This document shows positions 27,671 to 35,781 of a DNA stretch of 39,906 nt, piece by piece. The DNA comes from a virus. Positions within the stretch are counted from its first letter, which is position 1. Every line of letters begins with the position of its first letter. The stretch is taken from the UHGV virus genome UHGV-0235614; one strand, given 5' to 3'. The position numbers and the translations under genes are program-made. The notes under the pieces were generated by a model that worked only from the letters and a program-made list of their open reading frames with translations, ran no database searches and had not been told where the DNA came from.

Positions 27671-28278
27671 TCGCCTTCCTCTATCATGTAGATTCTGCTT
27701 GCAGATACTTCATAAGCTACCCTGGTCTCCTGCTGCTCTTCATCCAGTTTTTTTACATATTCCCGGCTCTGGATTCTTCCGGTCAGTTCAATCCTGCTGC
27801 CAACTGCCAGATTTTTGGCATACCGTGCATTGCCAGCCCAGCAGATGCAAGGGATATAGTCACTTTTTCCACCTGGTCTGTTCACTGCCACTAGAAGATC
27901 TGTGATCTGGCGTCCACTCGGTGTTTTCCGGTAAACCGGCTGTCTGCAGATAAATCCATGTAAGAAAATATAATTATCATCTTCCTGCGCAGCATCACTG
28001 ATCTGTTCTGCAAAAAGAAAAAGTATTAATTTTCGCTTTTCTCCAGCCGGAATGTTTACGGAGCAAAAGCTTCCTTCTACCGAAATATTTGCTCCGTAAT
28101 AAATTTTGTTTTCGTCCACCATTCCTTTCCGGAAAATTACTGGGATTTCATCTGCGCATCCGCTTTTGCGGTTTGTCGTTAAGATTGTTCTGTAAAATAA
28201 TTCTCCTGCAGTTTCATGATCATACTGTGGTTCTGTGATCACTGTTCCTGTTATTTTAGCCATATTGTTTTTATGCAT
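27667..28278 (-). CDS. Tandem-OB single-stranded DNA-binding protein
   Basis: Two OB halves; YRKTPSGRQITDLLVAVNR, SDYIPCICW and GRIQSREY motifs. Confidence 0.85.
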   Translation of the reverse strand: MHKNNMAKITGTVITEPQYDHETAGELFYRTILTTNRKSGCADEIPVIFRKGMVDENKIYYGANISVEGSFCSVNIPAGEKRKLILFLFAEQISDAAQEDDNYIFLHGFICRQPVYRKTPSGRQITDLLVAVNRPGGKSDYIPCICWAGNARYAKNLAVGSRIELTGRIQSREYVKKLDEEQQETRVAYEVSASRIYMIEEGE

Positions 28279-28291
28279 TGCTCTTTTCTCC

Positions 28292-28552
28292 TTATCCTGC
28301 CTGTTTTTCTTCTTTTAACTGAGCTGTCTCCCAACTATTCAACTGTTCTCTTGCCATCCGGTAACATGCTGCATCTGATTCACTCTCTGTTTTTATGATC
28401 AGTTTCTGCTGCCGGCCTGTCTTTTTGTATATCTTTATCCAGCCGTCTTCCCATATGCTGAAATGTGCATACATCTGCAGATTGTATCTTCTCTGTAATG
28501 GCAGATAGACATTGTAAAATTCTCTTACTTCTTTTCCGTAGTCTTCCTCCAT
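28292..28552 (-). CDS. Hypothetical protein
   Basis: 86-aa ORF with RBS in the early operon. Confidence 0.7.
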   Translation of the reverse strand: MEEDYGKEVREFYNVYLPLQRRYNLQMYAHFSIWEDGWIKIYKKTGRQQKLIIKTESESDAACYRMAREQLNSWETAQLKEEKQAG

Positions 28553-28566
28553 GCTAGTTCCCCCTG

Positions 28567-29982
28567 TTATTCATCCGGCAATTCATATAAATCTAATCTG
28601 CCTTCTGCTACTTTCCGTTCCTGTTCCGTCAATGTAAAACCATATTGTTCCATAAACTGGCATACATGCAAAAGTTTCCCGCCTTTTTCTTCGTTGTACT
28701 GTCCTCTCCAGTCTGCAGTCTCTAAGCAGGAATCTGTTCCATTCCACAGGTAAATCAGCATCTGTTTTTGCGTACTCAGTTTATCAAAATATTCTGCTGC
28801 CATATTCAGTTCTTCATCTGTACACTCATACTGCGGCTTTCCACAATAGAAATCATATATAGCAGATTTATATACACAGACGCCTAGCTCGAACATAAGA
28901 TTCCAGATTGTTTCCAAAATAACTGAATCATCTTTCAAACAGATTTTTTCATCTGTAATATCCCGCACAAAATCTTTCATGCGCTTATATAATGCCTTAT
29001 TAATGCCTTTGATTTCTTTTCTATTGTGATCCCTCTCTTTCGTTTTTCGCTCCTGTTCGGTTTCCTTCTTCTGCGGTACTTTTTTCAGGACATATATGCT
29101 GTTATACATCCGCAGGTAATATAAATTTTCCTCATTCTGTGGCAGTTTTATTTTTTGCGGGAGTTCATCATCAAGACCATACGCCCGCACCCTTTCCCAT
29201 TTTCCGGAATAGTACTCGTTTTCGGCTTTCTTTGGTGCTTTCTGCACTCCTCTGGATTCCAGCATTGCTATTAATTTCTTCTCACTTTTATTTCGATTTG
29301 TAATTCTAACCGACTCGCTGGCTTTCCAGATCAGCTGACTTGAATTGCTGGACTCTTTTAAAATCTTGTCTCTTTCCCGGACATCTTCCACCTGCTCCAA
29401 TGCATATAGATCTTTTAATGATAACTGGAAGCTTCCGTCTTCCTGTTTTTCTTTGAGAATACTCTGATCCAGTTTGGCAATCTGCAGTCTGTGCCGAACT
29501 GTTGTCCTGGAAAACCCGGTTCTTTCAGCTATCTGAGCTTCCGTATCGCCAAGATCAAGCATCATCTGAAAGCCCTGGGCCTGCTCCATGATAGACAGGT
29601 CATTTCTCTGCATATTTTCTTCCAGCATGATTCCGACCTGCTCTCTATGGGTTAATCCTTTTGCAATCTTACATGGAAATTCTGTAAGTCCTGCTGCCTT
29701 GCCCGCTGCAAACCGTCTGTGACCGATCAGCAGTGTGTACCCTTCCGGGGAAAATTTAGAATCTACTTTCTGCAAGTTCTCTTCTGTTGGATTTTCCAGA
29801 TACTCGTTGATTGTCTGGTTATATTCTTCAAATTCCATCCAGTGTCCCGGGATTACCGTAAGGTTCTGCAACACGCCTTGCTTTTTAATTGATTCTGTTA
29901 ACTCCGATATATCCCCAAGGTCTTTTCTTGGATTATCCGGATGTGAATAGATCTGATCCGCTGATATTAAAGTCATTTCCAT
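28567..29982 (-). CDS. ParB/Spo0J-family protein
   Basis: HPDNPRK, GHRR, ENMQRNDL motifs and HTH; start ATG 29982 after AGGAGG. Confidence 0.88.
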   Translation of the reverse strand: MEMTLISADQIYSHPDNPRKDLGDISELTESIKKQGVLQNLTVIPGHWMEFEEYNQTINEYLENPTEENLQKVDSKFSPEGYTLLIGHRRFAAGKAAGLTEFPCKIAKGLTHREQVGIMLEENMQRNDLSIMEQAQGFQMMLDLGDTEAQIAERTGFSRTTVRHRLQIAKLDQSILKEKQEDGSFQLSLKDLYALEQVEDVRERDKILKESSNSSQLIWKASESVRITNRNKSEKKLIAMLESRGVQKAPKKAENEYYSGKWERVRAYGLDDELPQKIKLPQNEENLYYLRMYNSIYVLKKVPQKKETEQERKTKERDHNRKEIKGINKALYKRMKDFVRDITDEKICLKDDSVILETIWNLMFELGVCVYKSAIYDFYCGKPQYECTDEELNMAAEYFDKLSTQKQMLIYLWNGTDSCLETADWRGQYNEEKGGKLLHVCQFMEQYGFTLTEQERKVAEGRLDLYELPDE

Positions 29983-30227
29983 GTTGCATACCTCCTGTTT
30001 AATTCGCTCCACTCTTCGTAAATCGTTCTTCCGTATTTTCTGATAAATGCATCCGTATCACTTTCCATTTCAATCCTTTCCAGCATAAGCTTCAGCTGAA
30101 TTGGCAATCCCTGTGCGGCTGCTGCCTTTATGACACTGGCATCCAGCATCAATAGTTCCTGTAATTCTCTTATATCGATTCCACTGAGCAGTTCCTTTCC
30201 ATTTATTGATAAACCGTATCTGATCAT
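29973..30227 (-). CDS. Hypothetical protein
   Basis: MIRYGLSING...; ATGA overlap with the upstream stop. Confidence 0.6.
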   Translation of the reverse strand: MIRYGLSINGKELLSGIDIRELQELLMLDASVIKAAAAQGLPIQLKLMLERIEMESDTDAFIRKYGRTIYEEWSELNRRYATWK

Positions 30228-30451
30228 CTCTGCACCAATTCTCCTTTTCTTTGAAGTTGCTCCAGTTCGTTCATCGAGAATGATTCTACATAGTTTGTAT
30301 GTTCCCCGAAGCAATTTATGAAATGCATCCGGAACCGCACAACCCGTTTGTGTTCCGGAATATGCTCAACTACTGCATTCACCCACTTTCTTTCTTTTGA
30401 TCCCCATGCTCCGATTTCATAAAATTTGTATCTCTGTCCTTTTTTAAACAT
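30224..30451 (-). CDS. Hypothetical protein
   Basis: 75-aa ORF with GGGAG RBS. Confidence 0.65.
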   Translation of the reverse strand: MFKKGQRYKFYEIGAWGSKERKWVNAVVEHIPEHKRVVRFRMHFINCFGEHTNYVESFSMNELEQLQRKGELVQR

Positions 30452-30466
30452 CGTGTTCTCCCTTTC

Positions 30467-30880
30467 TCAAAATGGCAGTTCTCCCAAATCAATATCAAGG
30501 AACTCTATCCTGCCCTCTTTGTGTTCTGTTTTCTCCTGTTTCCATTTGCCAGTTGGTTTTTCACACATCCAATCCCGGCCGAACTCCTGCATGTACTTTT
30601 CGTGGGAATATTTCTGTTCGAATACCTGCTGCCCGATCTGGCACAGGAAGATTCGGACGTCTCGGTTAGAATGAACTGCATCTGGTCCATATTCATGATG
30701 TGGTACGCACAAATATACCCAGAGACCGAAATGTTCTGATTTCTTCCGGTTCGCGATACCGAACATGATGTGATGCTTATGCAATCCGGCAGATGGTAGC
30801 TCACCATAATAGCCTTGCTGAGCAGCCAGGTATCTGCAGATATAGCATTCTTTTTGTGTTTGTATGATACTCTTACTCAT
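30467..30880 (-). CDS. Zn-binding HNH/Ref-like putative nuclease
   Basis: CYIC...HKHHIMFG...LCVPHH. Confidence 0.65.
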   Translation of the reverse strand: MSKSIIQTQKECYICRYLAAQQGYYGELPSAGLHKHHIMFGIANRKKSEHFGLWVYLCVPHHEYGPDAVHSNRDVRIFLCQIGQQVFEQKYSHEKYMQEFGRDWMCEKPTGKWKQEKTEHKEGRIEFLDIDLGELPF

Positions 30881-31299
30881 CAGCTAAACGGCAGCTCCTC
30901 TTCCAGCCCGTCCGGGATTTCCATGAAGCCATCCTCCCTGGCCATCGGTGCCGGATTCTGCTGTGTGGTCTGTCCTGCTGCCTTGCTTTCGGCAAATTCC
31001 TGCTCTTCAATCACGATATCTGTGGTATAAACCTTCTGTCCGTCACGGTTGGTGTAACTTCCGGTCTGGATTCGCCCTGTGATGGCAATCTTGATTCCTT
31101 TACAGAGGTATTTCTCGGCAAATTCTGCCTGGTGTCCAAAGGCAACGCAGCTGATAAAGTCCGCACTTGCCCCTCCCTCCTGTTTAAAACGGCGGTCTAC
31201 CGCTAAGGTATAACATGCAATACACTTCTGGTCCTGTCCCTGTGTCCAGTGGACATCCGGATCACGGGTTAAACGTCCCATTAAAATGGCTTTGTTCAT
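30880..31299 (-). CDS. ssb: Single-stranded DNA-binding protein
   Basis: MNKAILMGRLTRDP...GRIQTGSY...EELPFS; start 31299. Confidence 0.95.
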   Translation of the reverse strand: MNKAILMGRLTRDPDVHWTQGQDQKCIACYTLAVDRRFKQEGGASADFISCVAFGHQAEFAEKYLCKGIKIAITGRIQTGSYTNRDGQKVYTTDIVIEEQEFAESKAAGQTTQQNPAPMAREDGFMEIPDGLEEELPFS

Positions 31300-31348
31300 G
31301 TCTTTCTCCTTTCTCGCAAACGTTGATTTTGCTCTTACTGACGGGTTG

Positions 31349-31813
31349 TTAGTTAGCACTTATTTCTTTGTATTCTCCTGGCATCAAGTCAGCCTTTTTC
31401 ATCTCATTTTGCATCCATGTGGTATAGGAGCTTTTTGACATATGGATTACCTGCAGGTTGTGTGTCCTGGTTAAGGGCTCAATTTCTTCCCACATGTCCC
31501 TGTTTTTAATCTCTTTTCCGTCCGAGCCTGTCCATCCGGCTGACTTCCACTTATTCAACCACCCTAGTGACAGGGCAGATTCCAGATAACGCATGTCTGT
31601 ATAGATTTCTACCTGGCAGCCTGGCTTAAGACGTTTTAACGCACGTACTACTGCAGCAAGTACCAGGCGTTTTCCCGTGGCTTCCATGCAGCCAATCTCT
31701 GACCTGGTATAAGTCGTTTCGGATGGTGAAATGTACTCCAACACATAGCAAAAACAGGCTTTCCCGGCTTTGATGCGTTTGCATGAGACCTCTATGTACA
31801 GCGATACTTTCAT
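31349..31813 (-). CDS. RNase HI-fold protein with a degenerate active site
   Basis: Aligns with RNase HI: IYTDMRY, W..WK..GW...GKEIKNRDMW. Confidence 0.8.
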   Translation of the reverse strand: MKVSLYIEVSCKRIKAGKACFCYVLEYISPSETTYTRSEIGCMEATGKRLVLAAVVRALKRLKPGCQVEIYTDMRYLESALSLGWLNKWKSAGWTGSDGKEIKNRDMWEEIEPLTRTHNLQVIHMSKSSYTTWMQNEMKKADLMPGEYKEISAN

Positions 31814-32571
31814 TCTCGTCTCACCTCTTTTATCCGCTGTTCCGTGTAGTAGAAATAGGACATACCGGTGTATTTATTTGTTCCGGAAACGATGGACTCT
31901 TTTACGATGTAAAACCCCGGCGTTGGCTGTGGTCCCTCTTCTAGGAGCTTCCGCATGGTCCGTCTGAAATACGTCTTTCTCTCCGGCTTCGGACGAATCA
32001 GATTTCTGGAACAGTGATAAGATTTTGTTTTTTCTGCATCTTCGTGATCCTGTTGTTCTTCCGGAACAGGTTTGGCAATATAACTGGCCAGATCTGCATA
32101 TCCTCCTGCTTCCCTGATCGGGGTGAAGTGAGTGAACCCTTCTGTCCAGCACTCGGTGATCAATGTATCTGTTCCTTTCGAACAGTGTGTTCGATTCACT
32201 AGAATGTGGGTGTGGATGCCTCCACGTTTTCCGATTTCTATCCGGTAAATAAATTTCAGATCATCATCCAGCTTTTTATATCGGTACCGGAGTTTCTTTA
32301 AAAACCGGTCCATGTCTTTTCTTACCTCTTCATACGGTTTTCTGGTTCCCTTCGGGTATTTCAGTGTCACCCACAAGTCGGATGGGTAGAAGTTTGCTTT
32401 GATGATTCTGCGAATCCGGTTCTCTTTATTGATCTGGTTCTGTTTTGCTACCTGTTCTGGAGTCGGTTTCTGACGTTTGGCTCTCTTCTCACCTTTTGCC
32501 CCATAATTCCCTGCATATTTATATTCATGTTCTATTGAATTTATAAAATCCCATCTATATTGGTTAAACAT
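31810..32571 (-). CDS. HUH rolling-circle-type replication initiator (Rep)
   Basis: Motif I WVTLKY, motif II GIHTHILV, motif III LASYIAK. Confidence 0.75.
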   Translation of the reverse strand: MFNQYRWDFINSIEHEYKYAGNYGAKGEKRAKRQKPTPEQVAKQNQINKENRIRRIIKANFYPSDLWVTLKYPKGTRKPYEEVRKDMDRFLKKLRYRYKKLDDDLKFIYRIEIGKRGGIHTHILVNRTHCSKGTDTLITECWTEGFTHFTPIREAGGYADLASYIAKPVPEEQQDHEDAEKTKSYHCSRNLIRPKPERKTYFRRTMRKLLEEGPQPTPGFYIVKESIVSGTNKYTGMSYFYYTEQRIKEVRRE

Positions 32572-32688
32572 GACTATTTTTCCTAACTTTAATATACTTA
32601 TACTGGTACGAACGCCGGCTTCGACCGGTTTGTCTCGAAAAAAGGTTTTTTAATGTCCGGACAGGATTTACCTGACCGGACCGTATGA

Positions 32689-32819
32689 TTCCACCGCCCT
32701 GTAGTCGAACGCTTGTTATATTTTAAGGTTTATTTTTATGAGGAATTTCAAAACGTATCTGTTTATCTTCTGTAGTAGTCTGCAGTTGCTGTTAAGCGTC
32801 CGACTACAGGACGGTGGAA
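32689..32819 (-). repeat. 26-bp inverted repeat with a 79-nt loop upstream of rep
   Basis: ttccaccgccctgtagtcgaacgctt (32689-32714) and aagcgtccgactacaggacggtggaa (32794-32819), 24/26 complementary. Confidence 0.9.
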
Positions 32820-32825
32820 AAATAT

Positions 32826-33089
32826 TTAATTATTTAACTTTGGATAAAATCCCATTTGACTGAAACATATTCCATTGCAGGTTACTTCTTTAAAATACAC
32901 ATGATCTTTGCTCACTATTTTCACAGGTCGTTTTAATGCTGCCGCGATGAGTTCAATCCCGCTTTTTACCATAATGACGCTGCAAAGCTGCAAGCGACCT
33001 TTATCTTCATCAAAGTGGCGCAGTCTGTATAACCCGGTAAGCATCTGGTTACACTGTTCTTCGATGTACTTTAATTTTGCTTTTTCCAT
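32826..33089 (-). CDS. Hypothetical protein
   Basis: 87-aa ORF with GAGGAG RBS. Confidence 0.7.
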   Translation of the reverse strand: MEKAKLKYIEEQCNQMLTGLYRLRHFDEDKGRLQLCSVIMVKSGIELIAAALKRPVKIVSKDHVYFKEVTCNGICFSQMGFYPKLNN

Positions 33090-33190
33090 TTACTTTTCAC
33101 TCCTCGTCTGCTATACTCCAGACATAGGTTTTATTACCTATGTCATTAGTGATAGGGCGTGTACTTTCTCAGGGTGCCACGCTCTTTTAA
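33089..33190 (+). ncRNA. Candidate antisense sRNA with its promoter
   Basis: TTTACT-17-TATACT (TG-extended) at 33089-33117; terminator gggcgtg...cacgctc+TTTT at 33155-33188. Confidence 0.45.
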
Positions 33191-33349
33191 TTTGTTCAAA
33201 ATTACTCCTGCTCCGGCAATTGCCAGGCCAACCGCTGCAATCCCTAAAGCCACATGACCTGCTTGTCCTTTTGCTTCAACTCCTGCTGCACCGACCAGAA
33301 ATGTCAGTATTCCGCAAGCAGTCATTCCAAATGCAATCTTATTTTTCAT
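33146..33349 (-). CDS. Small 2-TM membrane protein
   Basis: Two hydrophobic segments. Confidence 0.65.
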   Translation of the reverse strand: MKNKIAFGMTACGILTFLVGAAGVEAKGQAGHVALGIAAVGLAIAGAGVILNKLKERGTLRKYTPYH

Positions 33350-33536
33350 CTTTGGTATCCTCCAGATTCAATTCTTCGCTTGCTGCCACCATTATCATTC
33401 CAAAAGCAACAACTGCTCCTGCGATCAGCGCCAAGATTGTACCAACAAGTGTGTGTGGCTTCCGGAAATACAGAAACACAAATGCTACTGCTGCCACTAT
33501 TGATATGATGATTCCGGCAATTTTAAGTTTGTTCAT
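33339..33536 (-). CDS. Small 2-TM membrane protein
   Basis: Two hydrophobic segments. Confidence 0.7.
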   Translation of the reverse strand: MNKLKIAGIIISIVAAVAFVFLYFRKPHTLVGTILALIAGAVVAFGMIMVAASEELNLEDTKDEK

Positions 33537-33540
33537 GGTT

Positions 33541-33738
33541 TTATCCTTCCTTTGCTTCTGGCATATTCTCCTGCTCAGCTTTCTCTTTCTTCACACGCTC
33601 TGCATGCTTCAGAAAGCGTTCCGCCGCCTTCATCAGTGCATTCTTGCGCTTCGCTCTCTCCTCTTCTGGAAGATCTGGGAAATGCACTCTGACTTTGCAT
33701 CCATCAATGTTAAATGTCTCTACCTTGGAATATGTCAT
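33541..33738 (-). CDS. Hypothetical early protein
   Basis: VRVHFPDLPEEERAKR; RBS present. Confidence 0.7.
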   Translation of the reverse strand: MTYSKVETFNIDGCKVRVHFPDLPEEERAKRKNALMKAAERFLKHAERVKKEKAEQENMPEAKEG

Positions 33739-33798
33739 GCTCTCACCTTCCTCTCTTAGAAGATATGTACTTGTGGGTTGTCTGGTTACGTTTCACGA

Positions 33799-33827
33799 TT
33801 GCTTTTTTCGTTTCTTTCTCCTATAAT
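33799..33827 (+). promoter_or_regulatory. Sigma-A promoter of the counter-oriented gene
   Basis: TTGCTT-17-TATAAT. Confidence 0.65.
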
Positions 33828-33876
33828 CGATACACAGGCTCCCGCCAGAGCTGAGTACAAATGAAAGGAGATTTTC

Positions 33877-34269
33877 ATGAAATTAGATTTAACTGTCACA
33901 ATTACTGCCATTCTTGGAATTGCTGCCATCATTTCACCAATAGCTACAGCGCTTATCAATAATCGCCATCAGCTCAAGCTCAAAAAACTTGAGTATCAGC
34001 AAAAAGAAAAAGAAAGTTCCTATTTCTATAAACGTGGAATCTATGAAGACTACCTAAAGTACACTAGTGAATGTATAACTTACGCCACTCAGGATGCTCT
34101 TCAAAAATATGGTGAAATTTACGGTCTGGCGCTGATTTATTTCCCCGAAGATCTTATTGAAGATATGGAAGAGTTAAATCGTATAATGCGAAATTCCTCC
34201 CCCGAAGAGCGTATGTCACTTTTTAATAAACTAGCTCCTAAGATACGTGCCATCTTACAAAACATGTAA
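33877..34269 (+). CDS. Membrane-anchored protein, counter-oriented within the early operon
   Basis: N-terminal TM helix, AAGGAG RBS, own promoter. Confidence 0.8.
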   Translation: MKLDLTVTITAILGIAAIISPIATALINNRHQLKLKKLEYQQKEKESSYFYKRGIYEDYLKYTSECITYATQDALQKYGEIYGLALIYFPEDLIEDMEELNRIMRNSSPEERMSLFNKLAPKIRAILQNM

Positions 34270-34393
34270 ACGCAACACATATAAATGCAACCCAGATAGG
34301 ATATATCTTGTCTTCGGGTTGTATTTTTTTCATTACGGCAATGCCCGCAATCGCAATTCCGTAAAATATTACTAATAAAATTACAACTCCCAT
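34238..34393 (-). CDS. Small 2-TM membrane protein
   Basis: MGVVILLVIFYGIAIAG...; start 34393 after GAGGAGG. Confidence 0.6.
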   Translation of the reverse strand: MGVVILLVIFYGIAIAGIAVMKKIQPEDKIYPIWVAFICVAFTCFVRWHVS

Positions 34394-34447
34394 CGTTCTC
34401 CCCTCCTCTCTACACCTTTTCATTTGCTGGATTGCTGATCAGCTCAT

Positions 34448-34633
34448 CTACTGTAAAAAATATTCAATCGGCACTTTGAAATAATCAGCAAGGATCTTGA
34501 TCTTATCCACCTTAGGAACATAATTTCCATTTTTCCAATTAGAGAGCGTTGCAGTTGAAACCCCCGTCTCCTGTGCAACCTGATATGCCGTTTTGTTGGT
34601 TTTATCTAATAAAGCCTGTAATTTTTCGTACAC
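34448..34633 (-). CDS. Cro-like XRE HTH regulator
   Basis: TAYQVAQETGVSTATLSNWKNG; GTG start after GGAGG. Confidence 0.9.
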   Translation of the reverse strand: MYEKLQALLDKTNKTAYQVAQETGVSTATLSNWKNGNYVPKVDKIKILADYFKVPIEYFLQ

Positions 34634-34662
34634 TTTTTCACCTCCCACTCATTAAATAATGT

Positions 34663-34691
34663 TTGACTTTAACTAAGGTTTCTTATATAAT
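34663..34691 (+). promoter_or_regulatory. Repressor (lysogenic) promoter
   Basis: TTGACT-17-TATAAT. Confidence 0.75.
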
Positions 34692-34730
34692 CAAATTGTC
34701 ACCTAAGTTATTTAAGAAACCTTAGTTTTA

Positions 34731-34808
34731 ACTTAGTTATCTAAGCTATGCATGTACTATAGCATAGGTTTCTATGCTAGTCAATACCTTTCGCATAGTT
34801 TTCTAAGT
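34731..34808. promoter_or_regulatory. Three palindromic operators RCWTAG-N4-CTAWGY at 31-bp spacing
   Basis: acttagttatctaagc (34731), gcataggtttctatgc (34762), gcatagttttctaagt (34793). Confidence 0.75.
34756..34784 (-). promoter_or_regulatory. Lytic (cro) promoter
   Basis: TTGACT-17-TATAGT, TG-extended; the middle operator fills the spacer. Confidence 0.75.
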
Positions 34809-34833
34809 TATTTTTTAGAGAAAGCGAAAAACT

Positions 34834-35262
34834 ATGTACGAAATCTTTGAACAATTATTAAAAGAACACGGTGTTACAGCTTATCGTGTTTCAAAAGAAA
34901 CCGGCGTTACCACGGCAACGCTCACCAGTTGGAAACAAGGAAAATACACTCCAAAGCCAGAAAAACTACAAAAAATAGCTGACTATTTTGGTGTATCGTT
35001 ATCTTATTTAATGACAGGCAAGGATGAAGCGCCTGATAGCGAATCGCCAAAAATCACTCCTAAAGACGAACGCGATATCGCTAAGGATTTGGAAAACATC
35101 ATGGCAAAACTTACATCCGGTGAAGCTGGTCCAGCAAGCTACAATGGAGAGGAATTAGATCCGGAAGCCGCTGAACTGTTCCGTGACGAATTGGAAATTG
35201 CGCTGAAACGTTTGAAAATAATCAACAAGGAGAAATACACTCCGAAGAAATATAAAAAGTAG
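34834..35262 (+). CDS. Prophage repressor (ImmR-like XRE HTH)
   Basis: N-terminal HTH (TAYRVSKETGVTTATLTSWKQG); followed by an ImmA-family gene. Confidence 0.9.
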   Translation: MYEIFEQLLKEHGVTAYRVSKETGVTTATLTSWKQGKYTPKPEKLQKIADYFGVSLSYLMTGKDEAPDSESPKITPKDERDIAKDLENIMAKLTSGEAGPASYNGEELDPEAAELFRDELEIALKRLKIINKEKYTPKKYKK

Positions 35263-35271
35263 GTGAGTTGG

Positions 35272-35694
35272 ATGAACAATATAAAAAAGATCGTTGCTTA
35301 CTATAAAAGAAAAACAGGTACCAGCGATCCGTTCATTCTGGCAGATCGACTAGGAATCCTATATCAGTTTTGTGATTTGAATTTTGATGGGTGTTACATG
35401 TTCCTAAAAAATCATCGATATATATTCATTAATCAGAATTTATCAGAATCTGATATGCGGCTCGTAATGGCTCACGAAGTGGGACATGCTATTTTACATA
35501 GAAAACAAAATTGCTACTTTATCCGAAATAAAACATTTTTCAGCATGAGTAAAATCGAAAACGAAGCCAACACTTTTGCGGCAGAACTTCTCATTCCAGA
35601 TGAGTTGATTTCAGACAATCCGGAACTAACTGCCGATCAGGTGGCACGGCTTGCCGGATATAATGCAGCAATAATGAAATTTAAGAAACCGTAA
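35272..35694 (+). CDS. ImmA/IrrE-family metallopeptidase (antirepressor)
   Basis: AHEVGH and ENEANTFAAELL motifs. Confidence 0.92.
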   Translation: MNNIKKIVAYYKRKTGTSDPFILADRLGILYQFCDLNFDGCYMFLKNHRYIFINQNLSESDMRLVMAHEVGHAILHRKQNCYFIRNKTFFSMSKIENEANTFAAELLIPDELISDNPELTADQVARLAGYNAAIMKFKKP

Positions 35695-35781
35695 TTTTTT
35701 TATACTAATGTTACTACCAATTACAATATATGGTGATTTACCATACCATTATAAATATTTTTATAAAAGGAGAAGATTAAT

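Noticed and set aside
32908..33759. 283-aa plus-strand ORF
   Set aside because: Lies antisense to four minus-strand genes that fit the operon; no RBS or protein-like composition
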